NCBI RefSeq assembly: GCF_009914755.1
Contig: NC_060930.1
Length of the DNA: 64,000 nucleotides
Strand: one strand, 5' to 3'
DNA from: the human T2T-CHM13v2.0 reference genome, Homo sapiens
Shown: one piece after another, positions 27,773 to 40,541 of the stretch
Position numbering within the stretch: the stretch's first letter is position 1
How the letters are laid out: the number at the start of each line of letters is the position of its first letter
Notes under the pieces: model-generated
The model's database searches: none
Told to the model about the DNA's origin: nothing
Seen by the model: only the letters and a program-made list of their open reading frames with translations
Position numbers and translations under genes: made by a program

Positions 27773-27838
27773 TTTGAAAATAGTCATCATAAAGGAAGGG
27801 TTTGAAAATAGTCATCATAAAGGAAGGGTTTGAAAATA
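27773..27838. repeat. Perfect 28-bp tandem duplication
   Basis: TTTGAAAATAGTCATCATAAAGGAAGGG twice, plus TTTGAAAATA. Confidence 0.95.
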
Positions 27839-29090
27839 CAGTGGAAAGGGATAAAATTGCTGGTTGCATTACAAGAACCCTTGTTCCAAAAGTGTCTGTA
27901 TCGCAATATCTATGAAAAGGATTTAGAAAAAAGATTCCATGCAGTTAGCATATAGTAATTCAAAAACAACTGTCAAGTGATTCTGATGTATAGAGCGCAT
28001 TAATCTACAGGAGAAAATGTATTTTGTTTCATCCTTTAAAATAATTTAAATATTTGGCTTATCTCACCACAAAGAATAGTTACTGAGAATGCATAACTTA
28101 CTGTTTAATAGGCACAAAATTTTACAATAAGTCCCAGCCATCTGCTCCCTCCTCTAATTATGAATTCAAGGACATAATTCACTACACATGGTACAAAAGA
28201 CTGATAAAAAAGATTTAAATGCTATGTATAGATTCTTTCTATGATATTTTTGTTCAAGATGAGTTCTCAGACTTAAGAGAAATTATTAACTCACCTTTGA
28301 AAATTAGCAAATAAATGCCTCTAAAAGAAAATTGATATTGATGAGAAAAGAAGCTTGTGATTAGATCCATGTTTTCAGTCTCCAACTGGCAAAACATTTT
28401 TTGATATCAAAATGTGTGACTATAAGCTTGATTTAAATGTTGTTTTCAGTTGGGATTTCTCTTTTTCTTTTTCTTTCTTTTTTTTTAATTTTTTTAAAAG
28501 AGAGAGGAAGCCAGAAACTCTTTTCCATTTGTTTTGCTCTATTTCCCTTTGGGAAATTGACAAGAAGTAGTACAAAGCTAATGACAGGGAAAAATGGAAA
28601 TTAACAACACAAGAATATTTTTGAGCTCTTATTTTGACTAAGATAAATATTTACTGCTTTGTCTTACCTTTCATTTGTCATGGAGACAATGTAGCTTATC
28701 TTATAAACTCTCACATGAAAGATTCATGGTTTTTAATATAGTGAAATAACAATCCACACACCCACACACACTCACACACATACACACATATATATCTTCA
28801 AGATCCTCTTCTGCTTGTAGAGGGAATGGCTGATAAACGGAAGTAAAGCCTCGTAGAACAAACTGAAGAGAATGGCTTCTCTTTTTTATGGGCAAAATTA
28901 GAGATAGGTTTACTGAGCTAATTCTCAAAATAAGACAGCATTTATATACCTTTAGCACCATACTTCAGAGAATTTCACACTTCCGTTCTCGAAATTAAGA
29001 AAAGTACCACAGAACCTCATATGGTGCATTTTCTTTACATTTTCATCAACAAGTATCACACATATCAAAAAGAAGTGGGAGCAGGAAGGG

Positions 29091-29140
29091 AGGAACAACA
29101 TAGTTTTTTAAAGGCAGGAACAACATAGTTTTTTAAAGGC
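29091..29140. repeat. Perfect 25-bp tandem duplication
   Basis: AGGAACAACATAGTTTTTTAAAGGC twice. Confidence 0.95.
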
Positions 29141-29349
29141 CACGAAAAGAAATTGAAACTGTCTTTTCTGTTTCTCTACATGTCTTATCACAGAAAAGAA
29201 GAAGGTTAACAGAGTTTCTTTTGCTATTGTCACACTCTGTGAGTCAAATTTTCATCCGATATAGCCTCCAATCGAGACCTCTAACCTTGGAATGCACCGT
29301 TAACTTCTGAGTGCCCTGTACACTCATCCAGGAAGGGATTCCTGGGTAG

Positions 29350-29380
29350 TTTTCATTTACTATCTTTCTTACAGGTAAGT
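29350..29380 (+). other. Juxtaposed 3'/5' splice-site motif (polypyrimidine-ACAG|GTAAGT)
   Basis: ttttcatttactatctttcttacag|gtaagt, with the junction between 29374 and 29375. Motif only. Confidence 0.4.
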
Positions 29381-30150
29381 ACAAATTTCCCTGGCTCCTT
29401 GAGAGACAAGTAAACAGATAGAACACATCCAATGGAAAATAAGCTGGGAAGGACACAAAGATAAGGGAAGGTGTCCTCCATTTTGTTTTTACTGTGAGAC
29501 AATAAGGAGTCCAGTTTCTTCAAAATGTTCTCTGTTTATCATGATGCAGTAAAAGAAACATCATTTAAACACTAAGGAAATTTGAGCCACATAAGTCGAG
29601 AATTTTTCTAATGTAAAAATACTCACTTGAGAGGGAGGAGGCACAGCAAGACGGAGGAATAGAATGCTTCACCCATCATCCCTTCAACAAGGACACCAAT
29701 TAACAACTCTCTACACAGAAAAAACACCTTCATAAGAACCAGTTATCAGGTGAGGACTCGTAGTATCTGTCTTTAGCTTCATATCGCTGAAAAATGCACT
29801 GAAGAGACAGAAAAAAAACAGTCCTGAATTGTGGAGGATTCTCTCCCCTTCCCCACATGGCAGCGTGGTGTGGAAAGCATCTCTGGATGCTGGGGGAGAG
29901 AGAGAGACCACAGCAATTGTGAGACATTAAACTCAGCGCCGTCCTGTTAGAGCAGAAAGGAACACTGGACCAAATTTAGCTGACACCCCACTCCCCACCA
30001 TGGAGGGAGCATGTAAACCAGCCCTAGCCAGAGGAGAATCACAAATCCCAGTGGTCTGAACATGGCTTTCTGTAAACCTCTCCAGGAAGAGCTACAGTAC
30101 TCTGTGTCTCTTAAGCAAACGTGAGAAGCAGTCTAGGCCGTAAGTACTAT

Positions 30151-31702
30151 TGTGTCCGGAATTGGTGGGTTCTTGGTCTCACTAACTTCAAGAATGAAGC
30201 CGCGGACCCTCGCGGTGAGTGTTATAGCTCTTAAGGTGGCGTGTCTGGAGTTTGTTCCTTCTGATGTTCGGATGTGTTCGGAGTTTCTTCCTTCTGGTGG
30301 GTTCATGGTCTCGCTGGCTCAGGAGTGAAGCTGCAGACCTTCGCGGTGAGTATTACAGCTCTTAAGGCGGGGCGTCTGGAGTTGTTCGCTCCTCCTGGTG
30401 GGCTCATGGTCCTGCTGGCTTCAGGAGTGAAGCTGCAGACTTCTGCGGTGAGTGTTACAGCTCATAAAAGCAGGGTGGACCCAAATAGTGAGCAGCAGCA
30501 AGATTTATTACAAAGAGTGAAAGAACAAAGCTTCCAAGATGTGGAAGGCGACCCCAGCGGGTTGCCACTGCCGGCTGTGGCAGCCTGCTTTTTTTAATTC
30601 TCTTTTCTGGCCCCACCCACATTCTGCTGATTGGTAGAGCCCAGCGGCCTGTTTTGACAGGGCGCTGATTGGTGCATTTACAATCCCTGAGCTAGATACA
30701 AAGGTTCTCCTCCTCCCCATCAGATTAGTTAGATACAGAGTATCCACACAAAGGTTCTCCAAGGCCCCACCAGAGCAGCTAGATACAGAGTGTCGACTGG
30801 TGCACTCACAAACCTTGAGCTAAACACAGGGTGCTGATTGGTGTGTTTACAAACCTTGAGCTAGATACAGAGTGCCGATTGGTGTATTTACAATCCCTGA
30901 GCTAGACATAAAGGTTCTCCAAGGCCCCACCAGAGCAGCTAGATACAGAGTGTCGATTGGTGCACTCACAAACCCTGAGCTAGACACAGGGTGCTGATTG
31001 GTGTGTTTACAATCCCTGAGCTAGACATAAAGACTCTCCACATCCCCACCAGACTCAGGAGCCCAGCTGGCTTCACCCAGTGGATCCCACACAGGGGCCG
31101 CAGGTGGAGCTGCCTGCCAGTGCTGCACCATGGGCTCGCACTCCTCAGCCCTTGGGCGGTCGATGGGACTGGGCGCCCTGGAGCAGGGGGCGGCGCTTGT
31201 CGGGGAGGCTGCGGCCGCACAGAGCCCATGGAAGGGGTGGGAGGCTCAGGCATGGCGGGCTGCAGGTCCCGAGCCCTGCCCTGAGGGAAGGCAGCTAAGG
31301 CCCGGTGAGAAATCGAGCGCGGCGCCGGTGGGCTCGCGCTGCTGGGGGACCCAGTATACTCTCGGCAGCTGCTGGCCTGGGTGCTAAGTCCCTCATTGCC
31401 CGGGGCCAGCAGGGCCGGCCGGCTGCTCCGAGTGCGGGGCCCGCAAAGCCCACGCCCACCCAGAACTCCAGCTGGCCCGCAAGCGCAGCGTGCAGCCCCG
31501 GTTCCCGCTTGCGCCTCTCCCTCCACACCTCCCTGCAAGCTGAGGGAGCCTGCTCCGGCCTTGGCCAGCCCAGAAAGGAGCTCCCACAGTGCAGCGGTGG
31601 TCTGAAGGGCTCCTCAAGTGCCGCCAAAGTAGGAGCCCAGGCAGAGGAGGCGCCGAGAGCGCGCGAGGGCTGTGAGGACTGCCAGCACGCTGTCACCTCT
31701 CA
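30151..31702 (-). mobile_element. LTR12C (HERV9) solo LTR, full length
   Basis: The minus strand begins TGAGAGGTGACAGCGTGCTGGCAG and ends CCAATTCCGGACACA. It has a GC/CpG-rich U3, roughly 40-bp CCAAT/GATA enhancer repeats, and a 4-bp TSD CTAT (30147-30150)/CTGT (31703-31706). Confidence 0.97.
30585..31030 (-). promoter_or_regulatory. LTR12C U3 enhancer/promoter (NF-Y CCAAT and GATA repeats), firing leftwards
   Basis: Six GATTGG (CCAATC on the minus strand) near 30629, 30667, 30836, 30877, 30955 and 30996; repeated TAGATA; A-rich TATA-like box near 30589-30599. Confidence 0.65.
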
Positions 31703-34139
31703 CTGTAACTCTTAGGCAAGTCCTAGTGCAGAAGTAGTCCCAGAGACAGTGCACTGTGGGGGGAAACATGATCTAGTGAGACACCAGCTAGGGCAGCTAA
31801 GGGAGTGCTGGCATCACCCCTCCCCAAACCCCAGGCTGCACATTTCATGGCTGCAGAAGTGACCGTTTCCTTCCACTTGAGGAGAGGAGAGGGAAGAACA
31901 GGGAGGACTTTGTCTTACATCTTGGGTACCAGCTAAGCCACAGCAGGATAAAGCACTGGTCAGAGTCGTGAGGACCCCATTCCAGGCCCTAGCTCCAAAC
32001 GACATTTCTAGACACAACCTGGCCAGAAATGAACCCACTGCCTTGAAAAGGAAGACCCAGTCCTGGCAGCATTTATCACCTGCTAATGGAAGAGTCACTG
32101 GGCCCTGAATAACCAGCAGTAATACCCAGGTACTACGTCGAGGGCCTTGGGTGAGTTTCTGAGACTTTCTGGCTTCAGGTACCAGCATAATCACAGCAGC
32201 AAGTATGTTCTTGGGGTCCCTGATTTCATGACTTGACTCTTGGACAGCAATCTCTAGGCCTGCCCTGAGTCAGAGGGGAGCCCGCTGCCCTGAAGTGTGA
32301 GTCCTAGGCTAGGCAGCACTTGGGCCTTAAGGGACATGGTCTGTGGAGGCAGTGGTACCATGCAAAACTCCTTTGCTTTTGGAAAGAGGGGAGAAGAGCT
32401 GGAAAGACTGCATCTTGTGGTCTGAGTGTCCACACTACCCAAAGCAATCTACATTTCAATCCAATCCCTATCAAAATACCAATAACATTTTTCACAGAAA
32501 TAGAAAAAAAATCCTAAAATTTATATGGGATCACAAAAGACCCAGAAGAGCTAAAGGTATCCTAAGGAAAAAAAAATAAAGTAATCACATTACCAGACTT
32601 CAAATTATACTGCTCAGCTATAGTAACCAAAATGACGTGTACTGACATAAACCAATGGAATAGAATAGAGAACCCAGAAATAAATCCAGAAACCTATAGT
32701 GAACTCATTTTCGACAAAGGTGCCAAGAACATACACTGGGAAAAAAACAGCCTCTTCAATAAATAGTGCTGGGAAAGCTGGATATCTATATGCAGAATAA
32801 TGAAACTAAACATATACAATCTCTCAACATATACAAAAAAACAAATCAAAATGGATTAAAGACTTAAATCTAGCACCTCAAGTTATGAAACTACTACCAG
32901 GAAACATCAGGGGAAATCTCTAGGACATAGGTCTGGGCAAAAATTTCTTGAGCAATACCCCACAAACAGATATTGCAATACCCCACAGCAATGCCCCACA
33001 ACAGGCAACCAAAGCAAAAATGGACAAATAGAATCACATCAAGTTAAAAAGCTTCTGCACACCAAAGGAAACAATCAACAAAGTGAAGAGACAACCCACA
33101 CAATGGCAGAAAATGTTTGCAAACTACCCATATGACAAGGGATTAAGAGCCAGAATACATAAGGAACTCAAAAAACTCTATAGGGAAAAAATATAATAAT
33201 CTGATTAGAAAATGGGCAAAAAGATTTGAACAGGAATTTCTCAAAAGAAGACATATAAATGAAACAGGCTATAAAAAAGTGCTCAACATCATGGATCATC
33301 AGAGGAATGCAAATCAAAAGTACAATGAGATATCATCTCACCCCAGTTAAATGGCTTTTATCCAAAAGACAGACAGTAACAAATGCTGGTGAGAACGTGG
33401 AGAAAAGGGAATCCTTGTACACTGTTGGTGGGAATGTAAATTAGCACAGCCCCGTGAAGAGCAGTCTGGAGGCTCCTCAAAAAACTAAAAATTGAGCTAC
33501 CATATGATCCAGCAGTCCCACTGCTGGGTATATACCCAAAATAAGGAAATCAGTTTATCAAAGAAATACCCACACATTCATATTTGTTGCAGCACTGTTC
33601 ACAGTAGCTAAGATTTGGAAGCAATCTAAATGTTCGTCAATAGATGAATGGATACAGAAAATGTAGTACATATACACAATGGAGTACTATTCAGCCATAA
33701 AAAGAACGAGGTCCTGTCATTTGCAAAAACATGGATGGAAATGGAAATCATTATGTTCAGTGAAATAAGCCAGGCACAGAAAGACAAATTTTGCTTGTTC
33801 TCACTTATTTGTGGGATCTAATAATCAAAACAATTGAACTCATGGAGATAGAGAGTAAAATGATGGTTACTAAAGGCTTGGACAGGTAGTAGGGGCTGTG
33901 GGGCACGGAGAGATAGTTAATGGGTTAGAAACAACAGAAGGAATGAATAAGACCTACTATTTGATAGCACAACAGAGTGAATACAGTCAACAATAACTTA
34001 ATTGTACATTTTAAAATAACTAAAAGAATGTAACTGTATTGTTTGTAACTCAAAGAAAAAAGGTCTGAGGGGATACATACCCCATTCTCCATGATGTAGT
34101 TATTTCAAATTGCATGCCTGTATAAAACATCTCATGCAC

Positions 34140-34174
<35 letters not shown>

Positions 34175-34691
34175 TATGTACCCACAAAAATTTAAAATAG
34201 TATTTAAGAAAAATATTCCCTGTAAGAAGAACGTGGCAAGAAAGGGACATTGGTACATGTGTGCACAAACACTTCTGGTAGAAGCACATATTGCTTTATT
34301 TTGTTTCGACAGCAACTTCACAGTGTGTTTCAAGAGCCTTTAATAAAGCTAATTCCCTTTGACTCAGTAATCCCACTTTGCAGACTCTGTCCTAAAGGAA
34401 AAAAAAATCTGATGCTCTACAAAGATACAAGCTGGAAGCAAATAAAAGGATTCAACAAAGTGGGTGACAGAGTGCCTCATGGCGCATCCTTACACGCAAT
34501 ATTATTTAGCCAGTAAAATGTTTTCCAAAAGTATTTAGGAACTTATTTTTTCATGAAAAATATTAAGCTAAAAAGATGGCCTATAAAACTATGTACACAT
34601 ATCTATACATATATTTTCATACATATTTTATTCATATGTTTATTCATGAATATGTTGTGTATATACATATATTATTTTTGAAAGAGATATG

Positions 34692-34985
34692 AGCCAGATG
34701 CAGTTGCTCATGCCTGTAATCTCAGTACTGTGGGAGGCTGAAGTGGGAGTCCAGGAGTTCAAGACCAGCCTAGTCAACATAGGGAGGCCCCCACTCTACA
34801 AAAAAATTAAAAAATTAGTTGGGTGTGGTGGCACATGCCTGTGGTCCTAGCTACTTAGGAGGCTGAGGTGGGAGGGTCACTTGAGCCCAGGAGGTTGAGG
34901 CTGCAGTGAGTTTTGATTGCACCGCTGCACTCCCGTCTGGGCGACAGAGTAAGAACTTGTCTAAAAACAAATAAATAAATAAAAG
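34692..34985 (+). mobile_element. AluJ-type SINE
   Basis: Dimeric Alu, gagcccaggaggttgaggctgcagtgag, (TAAA) tail, agatatg on both flanks. Confidence 0.92.
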
Positions 34986-35248
34986 TAAAAGATATGTGAA
35001 ACATTATATGAACATTATCTATATATGTATTTTAAAGTATGTATTTATTACCACACACACACACATGCACATATGTATCCATATATATTTGAAATAGTTA
35101 GAAATACCCCCCAATATTATTAGTTTTTATTTCAGGATGTTGACATTAGAAACATAGGTGGATTTTATTTGCTTTCAATGCTTTTTTGTATTTTCTTATA
35201 TTTTAATAATTTGGCGGCATGTTTTTTAGATCAGAAAAATAAAGGTTA

Positions 35249-35564
<316 letters not shown>

Positions 35565-36334
35565 TCAACTAGAGTGCAGATCACAGTAGCTCCATAACTC
35601 AGAACAATCCAGTAGTTTCTCCACTTGGGAAGGACTAGCACCTAGAACTCTACGTGCCTGCCAGAGGAGGCAGGCACTAGGGATCACAGATTTGCATATA
35701 AGTTTTAAAAAGAAAATCTAGTCTAGCAAACACAACACTAAACCAGGAGATTAATGCTAACCCAGAAGGCACCCCGACAGGGAGTCAGCATGGGGAAAAT
35801 CTCACCCAATAGGTGCTCTAAAAGATAGGCAGAGCAAGACAGCTGAGGCTTTAAGAATAGGGTCTCTTCAGAGAACCAGGCAGATCAGATGCACCACAGT
35901 TGCTCAGAAGACCATCTGTAAACTGCCAGATTTCAGCCACTAGGACAAAACTTCATTCCCCAAGGATATGGGATAGTAGGAAGAGCAAGATGAGATAGAC
36001 ACTGGAAATAAATAAGACATTAAATTTCTGTCAGTGTGATTCAAAGTAGAGAATGAGTCTCAAGATTCAGGTAAAGTCAAATATGGTCCCAGAATTACAT
36101 AGTGGAACTAGGATACAGGTCAGAGAAAATCACAAAGCAAGCATGGCATGAGTTGAAATGTAAGGCTAGTTGAGGGTCAGGTTTGGAAAAAGGAGATGGT
36201 ACTTGCCTTTAGACATAGCGTATTTGAAGGAATAGAAAGAAAATCACGTGGAAATAGCTAATAGACGGTTGACTTAGAAATTAGGTTTATGTGAGAGGTC
36301 CAACTGCAAAAAAAAATGTAGTTATTTGCAAAGA

Positions 36335-36830
36335 GGTGATGTACTGGCTTGCTGTCTTCACCCTCTGCCCACTCTGTTCCTCAGGAGGCTGATCTCCACA
36401 GACTGCCTATCCAGCCTCACTCATCAGCTGGCTTCAGGTTGGGTTTGGCCCATAGGAGGCAGGGACAGGGAATTGGAGGGGTTGGTAGGAGGAGAAAGCA
36501 GTCAGGGTGTTTCTTCTCTGTTCCCTCCTGGCTTCAAGTCTGATTTCTGACGGTAACTGTGTCCCGCCACCATTACAGCTCCACCTTAACAGTCTCCTCC
36601 TGCCAGGTTTCAGGCCTCGCTGGGCTCTTGTAAGTTTGAGTCTCTGTTTTGCTTTAGCCCTCAAGGTGGAGATAATTTCCCAATATTATTCTTTTCTAAG
36701 CACCTCTCCATCCTTTTATTTTTTTTTCAGCCCTTCACTCGGCCCGCAACTGTGTAATCCTTTTATTTAAGTCTCTTCATTTGAATAATCTGGGGGTAGA
36801 TTTAGTTTCCTGACAGTATCATGACTGAAT
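36335..36830 (+). mobile_element. LTR33-like ERVL solo LTR within a decayed L2
   Basis: ctggcttcaggttgggtttggcccataggaggcag...ggagaaagcagtcagggtgtttctt; end tttcctgacagtatcatgactga. Confidence 0.7.
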
Positions 36831-39800
36831 TAGATGATGGGAAAAAATTACTTGGGGAAAATACAAAAAGGTTCCTATATAAAGAATATATTCCTCTTTG
36901 ATCCAGAGCGTCAGGGATTAAATAGTGATGAATATAGAAAATTGGTAATTCAGGGACATGAACAAAGAGTAAACAGCTATCCTAGAGAAGAGGGTATGAT
37001 AGTATAACATCAGAGAAGTGACAAAAAAGAGCTGTGATGAGGATTTTAGACAGTGGTGTGAAATGCTTCAGAGAAACCACAGAGAAGAATAGAAAAGGGG
37101 CATTCAATTATCAATTAGTCATTAGTGACTTTAAAAAGAAAAGAGAAAATTTTCAAATATAAACAATGGACTCTTTCCAACCTTTTCCAAGGTATGAAAA
37201 AGGAGTGAGTGAAGATGAAATTGGAGCAGAGGATAGATTCCCTATTTGTTTATGCTTTGGCAATAAGGAAATACAAAATAGATAACTAGAGTAAAAGTGA
37301 AACTTTGTTTTTTGTTTGTTTTGTTTTCAAAACAGGAAAGAATTAATAATGTTTGAAGATAGAAAGAAAGAAAATGAAGAGGAGATGGTGGGGAGTGGTG
37401 GTAACAGTGGAGATGGGATCCAGGCAAGGGATCCAAGGCTTTAACTTGAATGAGAAGAAAACACTGTCAAACGTCAGTATGTGACACTTCAATTAAAAAA
37501 AAAGTGCAGAATAAGGCTTTTTTCTAGACTAAATGAAAAAAAACATAATATTATAAAGAAATGTTTCACATTCTGTCTTAAAATGAGCTATTGTGGACAC
37601 TTCTGATGGTAAGGACTTTATACTAGGACTAAGGCTCATGTAACTGGGCAGCTCAAGGCTGGGGCATCTTGTAGCAGCAGGCGTGCTTACATCAGTAGTA
37701 CCTGGATATTTTCATCCTAAACTCAAACAGAAAAAAGGAAAATGTGAATACATACCCCAAGTGTATAATATTTAGAATTTATTTTATTAATATTTGTATA
37801 ACATTCTGTGAGATGCTAATTTTAATGTCTGGTTTATAAATTATTTTCATATTTGTCTGAGTGGCCATAAATATCTAAAAAGGATGCCCTACAAAATTAT
37901 ATAGGTCCAAATAGAAAAAGTGAGTCATTGCAGCTCCTACTAAATCATGACACATTTTTTCAGTCCCATCTATCTGTCTAAATAATTATGAAGCTGCTAG
38001 TAAAATTTTACCTTTTCTGATGGCAATCAAATCTTACAAAACAAGTATATTTTTATATTTAAAACATAGATTTAAAACCTAATAAAGCTCTTCATTTGGG
38101 AGATTTTACAGACTAGAAAATTCTAATTTCAGATATGCAGACTAGATTTTATAGGTGAAATGCTTAGAATTGTTTTTGTCAACAAAACCACATTACTATG
38201 GGAATATTTCCAAGTATCTATTCTCAATATTCTCTTGTCATAACATAAGTTTCTTTGAATAAGTATTCATTTTCTCACTCTTTGTTAACATCTCAATTTT
38301 AACTTGAAGAAACAGGTTATGTCTTATTTTGAAATATATATATATTCCAGGTAGTACATCTCTTCATTCCTGGAAATGTCAGCAAATTTAGGAAACTTGT
38401 CTTTTTTAAAAGAAAAATTATATCTTTTTTTAAGTTGCCAACTCCTTTAAGGACTTGTTATAAGACAACCAGAAAATTGCAGTGCATAAAAAAGAGTTTT
38501 ATGGTCACTTGTATTGTGTTAAAAATAACATACAAAGAGTTCTTCTATTGAATAGTCTTCTTTTTACAAAATTAGCTATATTCATAACATTTGAAAATGA
38601 TGTGATTTCATTTTCAAATTTTTTCTACAAATAATACAATGAATACATTTCCATTGTGAAGATATCTCTATAATCATGACCAGGAACATTTTTATTAATG
38701 ATTACAAACCAATCAGCAGCTTTATCAGTGGTTACACATATAGACTTAGTCAATAAAATACTTTTTGTTTAATGAAATCATTTGTATTGAGAATATATTC
38801 TTTATGGGACATCTTACTTTGGTTGCTTACAGCTACTTTTTAACCAGAGCAAGAACAAATGTTTCCCTAACAGTACATGGCATTTCATCTTTTACAATTA
38901 AGAAACCTCAAATTTATCATCTAAACAATTATTATATTTGATTAAGTTTTTACAAAGTAATGGATTATCATATAATTCTAAGTAGTATTGAAAGAATAGT
39001 CCTTTGCTTCCCAGTGCTTTCAATGTCTTGTTCTCATAATGGTTTTATACTGTGATTAGCTAACATCTCAGGGCTAAATAAACACTTAGGACAAGATTTG
39101 TCCTTAATGATGCTGGATGCAATTCAAATTTCAAAAAGCCTCACCCTCATAATTTTATATTTTTTTAACCAATATCTCAAATTTTATTAGGTTATTGATT
39201 TGAGTCCACCATGTGGCAGAAGAGCAAATGCTAGCTTCAAAAGTGTTAATTCTGCCATTTACTTGTTGATTATTTACGCTTGCATTATCAGTAATATCTT
39301 CAAGCTAGGATTTATTCGCAGAAATACTTTTTAAACAATTTGCTCACTTTGAGAGGTCTAGTTTCATCAAAACTGATTAATATAATCTGTAAATTTACCT
39401 AATTAGGCAGAAATAAATTTCAATAATCACAATATGTTGAAATCAAATGAATACACAAAGGGCTATGTAAACGTCTTTGTTTTAGGACAACTACGCCTCC
39501 CTTAGGATAACTCCCCATAGGCTACCATATGACATACGTGCCTGCTGAGGGTGCCAGTGTCAAGTGTTTAATTAAATATTAGCAAATCCTAATGGATTGC
39601 CTCAGTAATCCCACTTTTGGCACCACTGGTAAAATGACCTTTTGAATTCTATCTCATTATGGTGACTACATTTGTAAAGATGTTAAGATGGTTCACTTGC
39701 AGTAAAGATTCACAGAAACCTAGGGACTTTTGAAAACTTCTAATCACTAGTATTTTTGAATTAGTCACTAAACAAGCTGCAATAAGCCAAATTAAAATTA

Positions 39801-40102
39801 TGTGTGTACATAAACATAAATCCAGTATTTTTAACAGATATGCAAATTATATTCTAATTTTTAATAAGATATTTTCCTGCAAGAGAGTCACGCCCAAACT
39901 TTGGGGAAATTATGTAAGACTCACATATTTTGGTAAGCAAATCATTTCCATAATTAATATCTTTTTTATTATACTCTATCTTCCATTTTCTTTATCATTA
40001 GGAAATACCTTTAATGATTGTATGAAATAGCTGACCATTTCTTTATTTAAAGTGACAGGCTGTAATTCAAATAAAAAAATACTCATTTACAACTAGAAGC
40101 CA

Positions 40103-40533
40103 TTTTAAAGAGTAAATTGGGGCACGATAAAATTTTAAAGAGTTTATTTGAGCAAACAGCAATTTATGTTTTGGGCAGCTTCAAACCATTAGTGATTCAG
40201 GAGCTCCACTAAGGGAAAGCAAAGAGGGAGATTTATAGGAAAAACATGGAGGCAAAGCAAAGACAATATTTGATTGATTACAGTTTCACAGTTGCTTTAT
40301 TTGGTCTATCCTGTTGGAAAGTCCCTAGTTATATAATTATATGTCAGTTGACTATTTCTGATTGGTTGAGCTTAAGCTCTGTTTTTCTTTGATACAGGCA
40401 TTCACAAGAAATAGCTCAAATTAAGTTTTGCTTCTGTTTGTAAATCAAGCAAGGTTAAGGTCACTTATGAGGCCTGACTGGCCTTGTTTGCTCAGTGATT
40501 CTTCAGGCTTGTTCTCTTAATTTACTTTAATAC
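40103..40533 (-). mobile_element. ERV1-class solo LTR (MER93-like; exact family uncertain)
   Basis: ggaaagtccctagtt...tttctgattggttgagcttaag; gagtttatttgagcaaa. Confidence 0.6.
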
Positions 40534-40541
40534 ATGTAACT

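Larger units (their letters stand above)
29629..34210 (+). mobile_element. L1MA1-3-type LINE with both ends present and a large internal deletion, interrupted by LTR12C
   Basis: 5' end gggaggaggcacagcaagacggaggaatag; 5' UTR to about 32430, joined directly to late ORF2 (ctacccaaagcaatctac); L1MA2-like 3' UTR; degenerate TSD aaaaatactcact/aaaaatattccct. Confidence 0.88.

Noticed and set aside
30660-31030. Regularly spaced roughly 40-bp repeats, superficially CRISPR-like
   Set aside because: These are the known LTR12 U3 enhancer repeats. There are no unique spacers or cas genes, and the DNA is eukaryotic.
30274-31715. Many overlapping 70-190 aa ORFs and a CpG-island-like block
   Set aside because: All lie inside LTR12C; GC-rich sequence is poor in stop codons.
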